NCBI GenBank assembly: GCA_964511295.1
Contig: CAZEEP010000001.1
Span: 71,022 to 135,021, forward strand
Direction of reading: 5' to 3'
DNA from: an uncultured Prevotella sp.
GTDB taxonomy: Bacteria > Bacteroidota > Bacteroidia > Bacteroidales > Bacteroidaceae
Length of the DNA: 64,000 nt
The position numbers were made by a program, and so were the translations under genes. Positions 54,650 through 62,586 of this stretch are shown here, piece after piece. The notes under the pieces were generated by a model. That model was not told where the DNA came from and made no database searches. It worked only from the letters and a program-made list of their open reading frames with translations. Position 1 is the first letter of the stretch. Every line of letters starts with the position of its first letter.

Positions 54650-55519
54650 ATGGATTTCCGTACAATAGTAGACATAGAGCCATCAGAATGGCAGATTGAG
54701 CCGTGCGAACGGATGCTGTTCGTGGGCTCATGCTTCGCCGACAATATAGGGAAAAGATTTCTGGAGGAGAAATTCCGTGCCGTGGTCAACCCCTACGGCG
54801 TGATGTACAATCCCGCGAGCATACTGCACACCGTCAGCCGCCTCATCAGCGAGAAAGTCATGCCGTTCAAGGAAAACGAGGCAGGAACCGCCGTCTTCAC
54901 GCTCGGCACAAACCACGTCTACATATTGAAGGAGACGGGCGAGATAGTGGACAACTGCCGCAAGCGTCCGCAATGCCTTTTTCAAGAGGAAGAACTTACG
55001 GTGGACGAATGCGCCAACCACTTACTGCAAGCCATAAAAACCATTCACTACCGCTTTCCGCTCGTGCGCTTCATCCTTACCGTCTCGCCCATACGCTACC
55101 GCAAGTACGGCTACCACGGATCGCAACTGTCAAAGGCAACGCTGTTGCTTGCCGTGCACCAAGCCTGCAAAGCAGTCCAAGGCTCAGCGGAAGAACCAAA
55201 GGTCACCTACTTTCCATCCTACGAGATAATGAACGACGAGCTTCGCGACTACCGCTTCTATAAACCCGATATGCTCCACCCAAGCGACCAAGCCGTGGAA
55301 TATATCTACGAGCGGCTCGGCGAAACATACTTTTCACAAGCCACAAAGGAGTTTCTGAAAGAATGGAAGCCCGTAAAGGAAGCGCTCGCCCACCGGCCTT
55401 TCCATCCGGAAGCAGAGGAATACAAACGTTTCATGGAAAAAAACATAGAGAAGGCAGAAGCCTTGAAAAGGAAATATCCTGCGCTTGAATGGCAAACTGA
55501 TTTCGCCAACCGACAGTAA
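54650..55519 (+). CDS. GSCFA-domain protein
   Basis: Contains the eponymous motif in MLFVGSCFADNIGKRF. Its length and the ..LHPSDQAVEYIYERL.. region are consistent with the GSCFA family. Confidence 0.75.
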   Translation: MDFRTIVDIEPSEWQIEPCERMLFVGSCFADNIGKRFLEEKFRAVVNPYGVMYNPASILHTVSRLISEKVMPFKENEAGTAVFTLGTNHVYILKETGEIVDNCRKRPQCLFQEEELTVDECANHLLQAIKTIHYRFPLVRFILTVSPIRYRKYGYHGSQLSKATLLLAVHQACKAVQGSAEEPKVTYFPSYEIMNDELRDYRFYKPDMLHPSDQAVEYIYERLGETYFSQATKEFLKEWKPVKEALAHRPFHPEAEEYKRFMEKNIEKAEALKRKYPALEWQTDFANRQ

Positions 55520-55604
55520 TCCACCCTACTCCATCAATAATATCTTCCAATCACACAAAAGAAATCTTACGCCGCCCCTACACCACAGAAAAAGCAATAA
55601 ACAC

Positions 55605-56069
55605 ATGGAATATATGTCACAAGAGGGCTACGACAAGCTCTCGGCAGAGCTCAACGAACTCATAAAAGTAAGACTGCCGGAGGTCATAGACTCTATATCC
55701 GAGGCGCGCGACAAGGGCGACCTCAGCGAGAACTTCGAATACCGAGCCGCCAAGCGCGAGCAAGGACGCCTGCTCGGCAGGATACGTTTCATGCAAAACG
55801 TGCTGGCACATGCCCGCGTGATGCCGTCAACAAACCTTACCGCCGACAGCGTGCAGCTGCTCACAAAGGTAGAGCTGCTGAACCTCGCCACCAACAAGCA
55901 CATGGCTTACACCATTGTCAGTCCGCACGAGGCAAACGCCGCGCACGGCAAAATCTCGGTGAAATCGCCTGTGGCAAAAGCCATACTAAACAAGAGGGCA
56001 GGCGAGGTCGTTGAGGTGCAGGTACCCATCGGCACCATCAAGCTACGCATAGAAAGCATAAGCCTGTAA
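55605..56069 (+). CDS. greA: Transcription elongation factor GreA
   Basis: MEYMSQEGYDKLSAELNELI..ARDKGDLSENFEYRAAKREQGRLLGRI. C-terminal FKBP-like ..SVKSPVAKAILNKRAGEVVEVQVP. The start was trimmed to the ATG at 55605. Confidence 0.9.
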   Translation: MEYMSQEGYDKLSAELNELIKVRLPEVIDSISEARDKGDLSENFEYRAAKREQGRLLGRIRFMQNVLAHARVMPSTNLTADSVQLLTKVELLNLATNKHMAYTIVSPHEANAAHGKISVKSPVAKAILNKRAGEVVEVQVPIGTIKLRIESISL

Positions 56070-56142
56070 AACACAGAGACGCAAAGCCTGCCTTAAGGTC
56101 TTGTAATTTGAAAACATAGGAAATGGCATACATATATTCACG

Positions 56143-56240
56143 CGCCGTCATCACCGTACCTCCACGCCGCTTACTTTGTACTTCTATGCCGCCTTCTTTG
56201 TACTCCTACGGCGGCATCCTTGTATCTTTACGCCGTAAAC
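56143..56240. repeat. 22-bp-phased CGCCG/CGGCG array (locus C, mostly inverted orientation)
   Basis: Pentamers start at 56143, 56165, 56187 (TGCCG), 56209 (CGGCG) and 56231, each exactly 22 bp apart. Example units: CACGCCGCTTACTTTGTACTTC, TATGCCGCCTTCTTTGTACTCC, TACGGCGGCATCCTTGTATCTT. Confidence 0.8.
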
Positions 56241-56257
56241 GACATTGCCACATAATA

Positions 56258-56309
56258 GAAAAAGTAAATCCCCTGCGTAAGAAATAATATTACCTTACGC
56301 AGGGGATTT
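56258..56309 (-). terminator. Rho-independent terminator for the minus-strand small gene
   Basis: Perfect 16-bp stem AAATCCCCTGCGTAAG / CTTACGCAGGGGATTT (56266-56281 and 56294-56309). On the minus strand it is followed by ACTTTTTCT. Confidence 0.75.
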
Positions 56310-56384
56310 ACTTGAAATATGAAGGAAATAAAGTTTGAAACAGTAGGCGGCTAAGCCTCTACATATACATTTGTGCGTCCTATC

Positions 56385-56516
56385 TTAGTTCTTTTCAGCA
56401 CCGGTAGCCTCGCCATGCGCATTTGCCGACACATAGAGCATCTTCTGTCCGCTCTCATCTTCGAAGTTGGACGGATATACTGCTACGTGCAACGGTTTGT
56501 TCTTTTGTCTTGCCAT
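56385..56516 (-). CDS. Small ORF, 43 aa, unknown function (MARQKNKPLHVAVYPSNFEDESGQKMLYVSANAHGEATGAEKN)
   Basis: Below the ORF-track size cutoff. It has a canonical Bacteroidetes promoter upstream and a strong terminator downstream. Whether the product is a peptide or a small RNA is unresolved. Confidence 0.45.
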   Translation of the reverse strand: MARQKNKPLHVAVYPSNFEDESGQKMLYVSANAHGEATGAEKN

Positions 56517-56545
56517 TTAATTTAATTTATGTGTTTTGTCTACCG

Positions 56546-56576
56546 CAAATTTACAAAAATAATCGTTATACGCAAA
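56546..56576 (-). promoter_or_regulatory. Canonical Bacteroidetes promoter (TTTG, 19-nt spacer, TAAATTTG) for the small ORF
   Basis: The minus-strand sequence reads ATATTTGCGTATAACGATTATTTTTGTAAATTTG. The -7 box is the rc of 56546-56553 and the -33 TTTG is the rc of 56573-56576. The ATG lies 30 nt downstream. Confidence 0.6.
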
Positions 56577-56638
56577 TATCCATTCCCTATATGGAGGGAG
56601 TGAAGAACGGAGAATGGGGAATGGGAAACCTTACGTTC

Positions 56639-57310
56639 CTATACTTTGGAAAAGGAAGACCAAAGCCTGTCGTCGGGCAACGGGGAGACGACGTGTATGA
56701 GCTGCTTGGACACAGGATGGGTGAACTCCACTTCATGTGAAAGCAGCGAGATGCTGCCGTCGGGATTGGAACGCCGTGCGCCATATTTTAGGTCGCCCTT
56801 GATGGGACAGCCGATATGGGCAAGCTGGCAGCGTATCTGGTGATGCCTGCCTGTCAGCAAGTTGACTTCCAAAAGATGATAATGGTCGCTGTGCGCCAGC
56901 AGGCGGTATTGCAGTACAGCCTTCTTCGAGCCCGGCACTTCTCTGTCATAAGCATAGCTCTTGTTCTGCTTCTCGTTGCGAACAAGCCAGTTGGTCAACG
57001 TGCCTTGCGGCTGCTGAGGAGCCTGTTGGGTTATCGCCCAATAGGTTTTGTGCACCTCGCCATTGCGGAACATATCGTTGAGACGAGAGAGAGCTTTGGA
57101 GGTTCGGGCAAAGACGACAAGCCCCGCCACAGGACGGTCAAGGCGATGCACCACGCCGAGGAAAACGTTCCCCGGCTTGTGATACTTCGCCTTGATGTAT
57201 TCTTTTACAATCTCCGAAAGCGGACGGTCGCCGGTCTTGTCGCCCTGCACTATCTCGCCCGCTTCCTTAAAGACTATTATAATGTGGTTGTCTTCGTAGA
57301 CTACCTTCAT
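56639..57310 (-). CDS. RluA-family pseudouridine synthase (no S4 domain)
   Basis: Catalytic motif VVHRLDRPVAGLVVFARTSKA. HQIRCQLAHIGCPIKGDLKYG. Confidence 0.85.
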   Translation of the reverse strand: MKVVYEDNHIIIVFKEAGEIVQGDKTGDRPLSEIVKEYIKAKYHKPGNVFLGVVHRLDRPVAGLVVFARTSKALSRLNDMFRNGEVHKTYWAITQQAPQQPQGTLTNWLVRNEKQNKSYAYDREVPGSKKAVLQYRLLAHSDHYHLLEVNLLTGRHHQIRCQLAHIGCPIKGDLKYGARRSNPDGSISLLSHEVEFTHPVSKQLIHVVSPLPDDRLWSSFSKV

Positions 57311-57325
57311 AAAGTTATAACCGGA

Positions 57326-58078
57326 TTACATGTTCATTCCGCCATCTACCTGTATGACCTGTCCTGTGACATAGCTGGACATGTCAGAAGCAAGGAACGT
57401 GGCAACGTTGGCAATGTCCTCCACCTTTCCTGCACGGCGCAGAGGAATGTTCTTTACCCACTCCTTGCGGACATCATCCGGCAGAGCCTCCGTCATGGCG
57501 GTGTCAATAAAGCCAGGAGCTATTGCGTTGGCACGCACGCCACGGCGGCCTATCTCCTGACCAATGCTCTTGGCGAGGGCTATAAGACCGGCCTTAGAAG
57601 CAGCATAGTTGCACTGTCCTGCATTTCCGTGAACGCCTACCACGCTTGCCATGTTTATGATTGAGCCACCTTTCTGGTGCATCATGATTGGCGTGCAGGC
57701 ATGAATGAAGTTGAACGCGCTCTTGAGGTTGACGTTTATCACGGCATCCCACTGCTGCTCTGTCATTTTCAACATAAGCCCGTCCTTGGTGATACCAGCG
57801 TTGTTCACGAGAATGTCTATCGAGCCGAACTCCTTCTGCACCTCGGCAACCACTTCGGCTGTCTGGTTGAAGTCAGCTGCATTGCTGGCATATCCCTTTG
57901 CCTTTACGCCCAAAGCCTGTATCTCGCGCTCAGTAGCGAGCCCGCCATGCTCCTCGTCGATGACAAGGTCGGTGAATGCGATGTTTGCGCCCTCAGAGGC
58001 GAATTTTAAAGCGATGGCTTTTCCTATGCCACGCGCTGCGCCTGTAATGAGCGCTGTCTTTCCTTGTAATAATCCCAT
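57326..58078 (-). CDS. fabG: 3-oxoacyl-ACP reductase FabG (SDR family)
   Basis: TGAARGIGKAIA (cofactor site), NNAGIT, and YAASKAG (YxxxK). The start was trimmed to MGLLQGKTALITG (cat at 58076-58078). Confidence 0.85.
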   Translation of the reverse strand: MGLLQGKTALITGAARGIGKAIALKFASEGANIAFTDLVIDEEHGGLATEREIQALGVKAKGYASNAADFNQTAEVVAEVQKEFGSIDILVNNAGITKDGLMLKMTEQQWDAVINVNLKSAFNFIHACTPIMMHQKGGSIINMASVVGVHGNAGQCNYAASKAGLIALAKSIGQEIGRRGVRANAIAPGFIDTAMTEALPDDVRKEWVKNIPLRRAGKVEDIANVATFLASDMSSYVTGQVIQVDGGMNM

Positions 58079-58153
58079 AATGAAAATATGATTATGTTTT
58101 CTATTTACGGTGCAAAAATAGTGCTTTTGTTTCAATTACACAAGGAAAACACG

Positions 58154-58189
58154 AAAAAACCGCCGCCACAATGCTGTGACGGCGGTTTT
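58154..58189 (-). terminator. Rho-independent terminator downstream of tRNA-Thr
   Basis: The minus strand reads AAAACCGCCGTCACAGCATTGTGGCGGCGGTTTTTT: an 11-bp GC-rich stem followed by T6. Confidence 0.8.
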
Positions 58190-58191
58190 CG

Positions 58192-58265
58192 AGCCTCTTG
58201 TCGGATTCGAACCAACGACCCCGAGATTACAAATCACGTGCTCTGGCCAACTGAGCTAAAGAGGC
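58192..58265 (-). tRNA. tRNA-Thr (anticodon UGU)
   Basis: The reverse complement is GCCTCTTTAGCTCAGTTGGCCAGAGCACGTGATTTGTAATCTCGGGGTCGTTGGTTCGAATCCGACAAGAGGCT. It folds into a cloverleaf with a 7-bp acceptor stem, a GCTC/GAGC D stem, the anticodon loop TTTGTAA and a GTTCGAATC T loop. There is one T-T mismatch in the anticodon stem, and CCA is not encoded. Confidence 0.8.
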
Positions 58266-58267
58266 AG

Positions 58268-58366
58268 GTGGGCAAGCGGTTCTTATCGCGCCGCTACAAC
58301 CAAGTACCCTTGCTACGTTCCCGTCCTGGGGGATTCCGAGGGAGCTGGCCGTAAGAGACTTGCCCG
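58268..58366 (-). ncRNA. ffs: Signal recognition particle RNA (small/4.5S type)
   Basis: The reverse complement contains CCCAGGACGGGAACGTAGCAAGGGTA. This matches the helix-8 pattern CAGG-NNN-GGAA-NNN-AGCA-NGG of bacterial SRP RNA. The closing helix is GGGCAAG...CTTGCCC. The ends are approximate. Confidence 0.75.
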
Positions 58367-58400
58367 TGTTCATCTGAGGGGCTTGCCCCAAATGCGAGTG

Positions 58401-58408
58401 CAAAGGTA
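58401..58408 (-). promoter_or_regulatory. -7 box TACCTTTG (minus strand) upstream of ffs
   Basis: The rc of CAAAGGTA at 58401-58408 is a TAnnTTTG match, about 35 nt upstream of the SRP RNA closing helix. Confidence 0.45.
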
Positions 58409-58506
58409 ATACATATTATTGATAAACGGCAAGCCATAAATGAAAAAAGGCACTTTCTTTAACATAATTTTCGAAAAGCCCATATCGCTATACATCTTAA
58501 AATGCG

Positions 58507-58514
58507 TACCTTTG
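58507..58514 (+). promoter_or_regulatory. -7 box TACCTTTG upstream of the small membrane protein gene
   Basis: TAnnTTTG match, 13 nt upstream of the ATG at 58527. This supports the trimmed start. Confidence 0.45.
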
Positions 58515-58526
58515 CAATCAATTATT

Positions 58527-59063
58527 ATGATTAACGTAGTAGCACTTGTTCAGTTAAAGGCGTTTGCCCGTCAAGACGGCTTTCTCCTGTTCCTGCTGTG
58601 GGCAGCCAGTTTCGCGGCAATGGTAACTAACCCGGCATCATCGTGGGGCGGCGCGCTTGCCTTTGCCACACCTTTCTTCGTGGGATGGCTGTTGGTACGA
58701 TTCCGCAATTATGCCCTTGACGGAGTCATATCCTTCAGGCGCGCCTTGGCATTCTCACTTTACACTTTCTTTTATGCCTCGCTACTCTTTGCCGTGGGGC
58801 AGTATGTCTATTTCCGCTTCTTCGACCACGGTTCGTTCCTGACCATGCTTCTTTCGAGCATTAAGGTATACGAAACGCAGGGCATATCTCTTGGCGACCT
58901 GCGCCAGTCGCTCACGATTGTTGGTCAGCTGACACCTATTGAGATTGCGTTTGCCTTCATGATGCAGAACTTCCTGATAGGGCTTGTCTTGAGCTTCCCG
59001 ATAGCCATGTTCACGCAGAAGCGTAAGACCACGCCCCCTGCCTCTTTTAACAACCAGCAATAG
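58527..59063 (+). CDS. Small integral membrane protein (possibly DUF4199 family)
   Basis: Four or five predicted TM helices (FLLFLLWAASFAAMV, FATPFFVGWLLV, LYTFFYASLLFAVGQYVYF, FMMQNFLIGLVLSFPIAMF). Sits upstream of a GT2 gene, as DUF4199 genes often do. The family call is tentative. Confidence 0.4.
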   Translation: MINVVALVQLKAFARQDGFLLFLLWAASFAAMVTNPASSWGGALAFATPFFVGWLLVRFRNYALDGVISFRRALAFSLYTFFYASLLFAVGQYVYFRFFDHGSFLTMLLSSIKVYETQGISLGDLRQSLTIVGQLTPIEIAFAFMMQNFLIGLVLSFPIAMFTQKRKTTPPASFNNQQ

Positions 59064-59073
59064 GACACAGGCT

Positions 59074-60201
59074 TTGACTTGGGATGATGGAAACATAGAA
59101 GACGTGCTGCTTGGCGTAGTGAGACATGCGCTATGGCAAGAGCCTTTGCCAACCGGCAACCTGTCGGCAAGACGCTTCAGGGAGCTTATCAAGGCAGCCG
59201 ACAAACAAGCCGTCAGCGGTATAGTGGTAGCTGCGCTCATGGAGCAAGGCAGCGGCATTGTATTGCCGGGCGACCATGTGATGCGCATGATAATGCTCGT
59301 GCGCTCGGTCAAGCTGTCAAACGCAAGGGTGGCGGCTTCTTTGCAGAAACTATGCATCCTGCTTTCGTCTGCCGCCATTCCTTTTATTGTGGTAAAAGGA
59401 CAAACCGTAGGCGCGCGCTATCCGCGTCCTGATTTGCGGATGCCCGGCGACATCGACTTCTACGTTGCCCCACATGATTGGGACAACGCCATGCGGCTGA
59501 TAAAGACAGAATGGAAGCCCAATTTCCACAAGGACGAAGGGGGAGAGCAGCACGTGGCGTTCGATTGCGGCGGCGTGCTTTTCGAGATGCACTATAATCT
59601 GTACAAGTTTTACAACAAGAGGAACCAAGCTTTCTTTGACAGCCTGCTTTCATATAACATAAGACATGCAGGCAAGGCATGTGTACCCGGTATAGACGCT
59701 GAAGTGCCCGTGCTCAGTGCCGCCGACAACCTGCTTTACACTTTCCTCCACCTGTACCACCACCTTGTGGAGCTGGGCTGCGGGCTGCGCCAGTTTTGCG
59801 ACACAGCCATGCTCCTGAGCCATTTCGAGCAGACTAAAGACAATGTGGACAAGCTTGCCAATAGCCTCAACAGCCTTGGCTTCATGGGAGCTTTCCGCGC
59901 CGTAGGGGCAGTATTGGTAGACAGCCTCGGGCTGCCAGCCGAAAAGTTCCCGTTCAAGCTTGACGCAAGCGACCGCAAGTACAGCCGCGAGATACTTTCC
60001 ATCGTCTTTTGGGGCGGGAACTTCGGGTTCTACGGCATCGACGGGCCTATGCGCAGCGGATGGCGTTACTACGTCAAGGCTTTCTGCCGAAAGGTCAAAC
60101 GCTACCATGCGTTCTACAGCCTCGCGCCTGCCGAGACGCGAGCCATGCTGACACATGAAGTTCCGCGAAAGGTGGGGTTGGCTCTGACGGGAAAGATTTG
60201 A
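59074..60201 (+). CDS. Uncharacterised nucleotidyltransferase-family protein (NTP_transf_5-like)
   Basis: IPFIVVKGQTVGARYPRPDLRMPGDIDFYV matches the core motif of that family (KG..L....Y......R...DID.LV). Confidence 0.55.
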   Translation: MTWDDGNIEDVLLGVVRHALWQEPLPTGNLSARRFRELIKAADKQAVSGIVVAALMEQGSGIVLPGDHVMRMIMLVRSVKLSNARVAASLQKLCILLSSAAIPFIVVKGQTVGARYPRPDLRMPGDIDFYVAPHDWDNAMRLIKTEWKPNFHKDEGGEQHVAFDCGGVLFEMHYNLYKFYNKRNQAFFDSLLSYNIRHAGKACVPGIDAEVPVLSAADNLLYTFLHLYHHLVELGCGLRQFCDTAMLLSHFEQTKDNVDKLANSLNSLGFMGAFRAVGAVLVDSLGLPAEKFPFKLDASDRKYSREILSIVFWGGNFGFYGIDGPMRSGWRYYVKAFCRKVKRYHAFYSLAPAETRAMLTHEVPRKVGLALTGKI

Positions 60202-60274
60202 AAGTCTACGACCAAAGACCAAAGGCAAAAGGAGAAGTTAAAGACAAAAAAACGTTTTGAATATAAATCGGAAA

Positions 60275-61225
60275 ATGAATATATCAGTAGTAGTACCTCT
60301 ATATAACGAGGCTGAATCATTGCCTGAGCTTCACGCCTGGATACAGCGCGTGATGCAGGCCAACAAGTTTACTTACGAGATAATCTTCGTCAACGACGGC
60401 TCCACCGACAACAGCTGGGAAACCATAGAGGGATTGACTAAAAAAGATCCTAACGTGAAAGCCATAAAATTCCGCCGCAATTATGGCAAGAGCCCTGCCC
60501 TGTACTGCGGATTCAGGAAGGCAGAGGGCGACGTGGTAATAACAATGGATGCCGACCTGCAAGACTCGCCCGATGAGATACCCGAACTGTACCGCATGAT
60601 AACAGAGGAACACTATGACCTCGTGTCGGGCTACAAGAAGAAACGCTACGACCCTCTGACGAAGACCATACCCACGAAGCTTTTCAACGCGACGGCGCGC
60701 CGGATAAGCGGCGTGCACAATCTGCATGACTTCAACTGCGGCTTGAAAGCCTACCGCAAGGACGTCGTGAAGAACATCGAGGTGTATGGCGAGATGCACC
60801 GCTATATACCTTACTTAGCCAAGAACGCGGGCTTCGGCAAGATTGGCGAAAAGGTTGTTCACCACCAGGCACGCAAATACGGCAACTCGAAGTTCGGCAT
60901 CAACCGTTTCTTCAACGGCTACCTTGACCTGCTCACGCTTTGGTTCCTCACCAATTTCGGCAAGAAGCCCATGCACGTGTTCGGCTTCATAGGCAGCCTC
61001 GTGTTCTTCGTAGGCTTCATAGCCCTGTGCTGGCTGCTTGTGGAGAAAGCCATATCCTTGAGCCACGGCATCTACGGCGACCTGCTGTCCATGCACGCCT
61101 CTTTCTACATTGCGCTGACCGCGCTCGTCATCGGTTCCCAGTTCTTCCTCGCCGGATTCCTCGGCGACCTCATGAGCCGCCAGAATCCACAACGCAACGA
61201 CTACCAGATAGAGAAGGAAATATAG
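60275..61225 (+). CDS. Family 2 glycosyltransferase, polyprenyl-phosphate glycosyltransferase type (ArnC/GtrB/DPM1-like) with C-terminal TM helices
   Basis: ISVVVPLYNEAESL, FVNDGSTDNSW, ITMDADLQDSPDEIPELY and EMHRYIPYLA, plus two C-terminal TM helices. The start was trimmed from the TTG at 60257 to the ATG at 60275. Confidence 0.8.
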   Translation: MNISVVVPLYNEAESLPELHAWIQRVMQANKFTYEIIFVNDGSTDNSWETIEGLTKKDPNVKAIKFRRNYGKSPALYCGFRKAEGDVVITMDADLQDSPDEIPELYRMITEEHYDLVSGYKKKRYDPLTKTIPTKLFNATARRISGVHNLHDFNCGLKAYRKDVVKNIEVYGEMHRYIPYLAKNAGFGKIGEKVVHHQARKYGNSKFGINRFFNGYLDLLTLWFLTNFGKKPMHVFGFIGSLVFFVGFIALCWLLVEKAISLSHGIYGDLLSMHASFYIALTALVIGSQFFLAGFLGDLMSRQNPQRNDYQIEKEI

Positions 61226-61276
61226 CCCACTGTCCTTACATAAAGAGAAAGGATACAGCAAAAAAGTTCATTATAT

Positions 61277-61807
61277 ATGAGACCGAATAACGTTGACAGG
61301 CACAGGCCGGAAGAAAGGCATCAAGCGGCTAAAGGCAAGCTCTTGTTCTTGCCGTTATGCCTTTTTACCTTTATATTTTTTATAATGTCATGCTCCAGCA
61401 TAGAGTGTCCGCTGAACAATGCCGTGTACACCAACTACCAGCTTCGCGGGCCGGTGACGACGCTGACTGACACCCTCACCATCTCAACCATGCGCACGAA
61501 CGGTCTCGACTCGGTGCTCATAAACCGGCAGGCAAACACCGACAGTTTCTCGCTGCCCGTGAGCTACGGCAAGGAGGAGGACGTTCTTTTCTTTCGCACA
61601 AACCACCTTTTGGACACGGTGTGGGTGACGAAAACCAACGAGCCGCATTTCGAGTCGGTAGACTGCGGGCTGAACTATTTCCACACCCTTACCGGCGTGC
61701 GCTTCACGCGCCATGCCATCGACTCCGTTGTCATCAACCATAAGTCAGTAAACTATGATGTTTCGCCAAAGCACTTCTACATATATTTCAAGGAATACCG
61801 CATGTAG
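61277..61807 (+). CDS. Hypothetical lipoprotein, 176 aa
   Basis: Hydrophobic signal with a lipobox-like FFIMSCSS. No recognised domain. The start codon is uncertain. Confidence 0.45.
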   Translation: MRPNNVDRHRPEERHQAAKGKLLFLPLCLFTFIFFIMSCSSIECPLNNAVYTNYQLRGPVTTLTDTLTISTMRTNGLDSVLINRQANTDSFSLPVSYGKEEDVLFFRTNHLLDTVWVTKTNEPHFESVDCGLNYFHTLTGVRFTRHAIDSVVINHKSVNYDVSPKHFYIYFKEYRM

Positions 61808-62519
61808 CCTTGCCCGCGCCGTGGCTTTCTGCCTGATGTTCGCGCTTGCGCCTTCCGCCTTTGCCCAAATTGGCAGGCAAGGTCAAGGGCAGCTGCGACT
61901 TTCAAAAGAGGAACAGCTGAGGCTGAGGCAAAAGGAAATAGACGACTCCATCCCCCTGTGGCGCGGCTTCCAAGTGAAAGCCGACCTGCTCGGAGCCGTG
62001 GAGCGCGGCGTGTCGTCCTACGGACAGTACGAGGCAGGACTGAGGATAAACCTCAAGGACAAGTACTTCCCTGTCATTGAGCTCGGCTATGGCTCTGCCG
62101 ACGAGAACAATGACGTGACACAGATTCATTACAAGACATCCGCTCCGTATGGCCGCATCGGCTTGGACTTCAACGTCATGAAGAACAAGCACGACATCTA
62201 CCGCCTCTACGCCGGCTTGCGCTATGCCTTCACAAGCTTCAAGTACGATGTTGACCACCCCCCACTTATTGACCCTGTGTGGGGCGGCGAAACACCGTTT
62301 TCCAAACACGATGTGAAGGCAAGCTACAGCTGGGCAGAAGGTGTGGTGGGCATCGACGCAAAAATCTTAGGCCCCGTGCACCTCGGCTGGACTATACGCT
62401 ACCGCCGCAGGCTTTCCCACGACGAAGGCGAACTCGGTAACGTCTGGTATGTACCCGGCTACGGCAAGCAGGGCAGCTCACGCATAGGAGGCTCGTTCGA
62501 AATAATGTTCGAGCTATAA
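61755..62519 (+). CDS. Hypothetical outer-membrane beta-barrel-like protein, 254 aa
   Basis: Signal peptide (FALAPSAFAQ). Alternating beta-strand pattern (GLRINL, IELGYGSAD, YGRIGLDFNV, LYAGLRYAFTSF, GVVGIDAKI) and an aromatic C-terminus ..FEIMFEL. The annotated start overlaps the upstream ORF by 53 nt. Confidence 0.5.
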   Translation: MMFRQSTSTYISRNTACSLARAVAFCLMFALAPSAFAQIGRQGQGQLRLSKEEQLRLRQKEIDDSIPLWRGFQVKADLLGAVERGVSSYGQYEAGLRINLKDKYFPVIELGYGSADENNDVTQIHYKTSAPYGRIGLDFNVMKNKHDIYRLYAGLRYAFTSFKYDVDHPPLIDPVWGGETPFSKHDVKASYSWAEGVVGIDAKILGPVHLGWTIRYRRRLSHDEGELGNVWYVPGYGKQGSSRIGGSFEIMFEL

Positions 62520-62586
62520 CGGAGCGATACTGCTTCGCGCCATCCACTCCCCCACCCAACGACAAACTCCATAAACTCAATACCAC

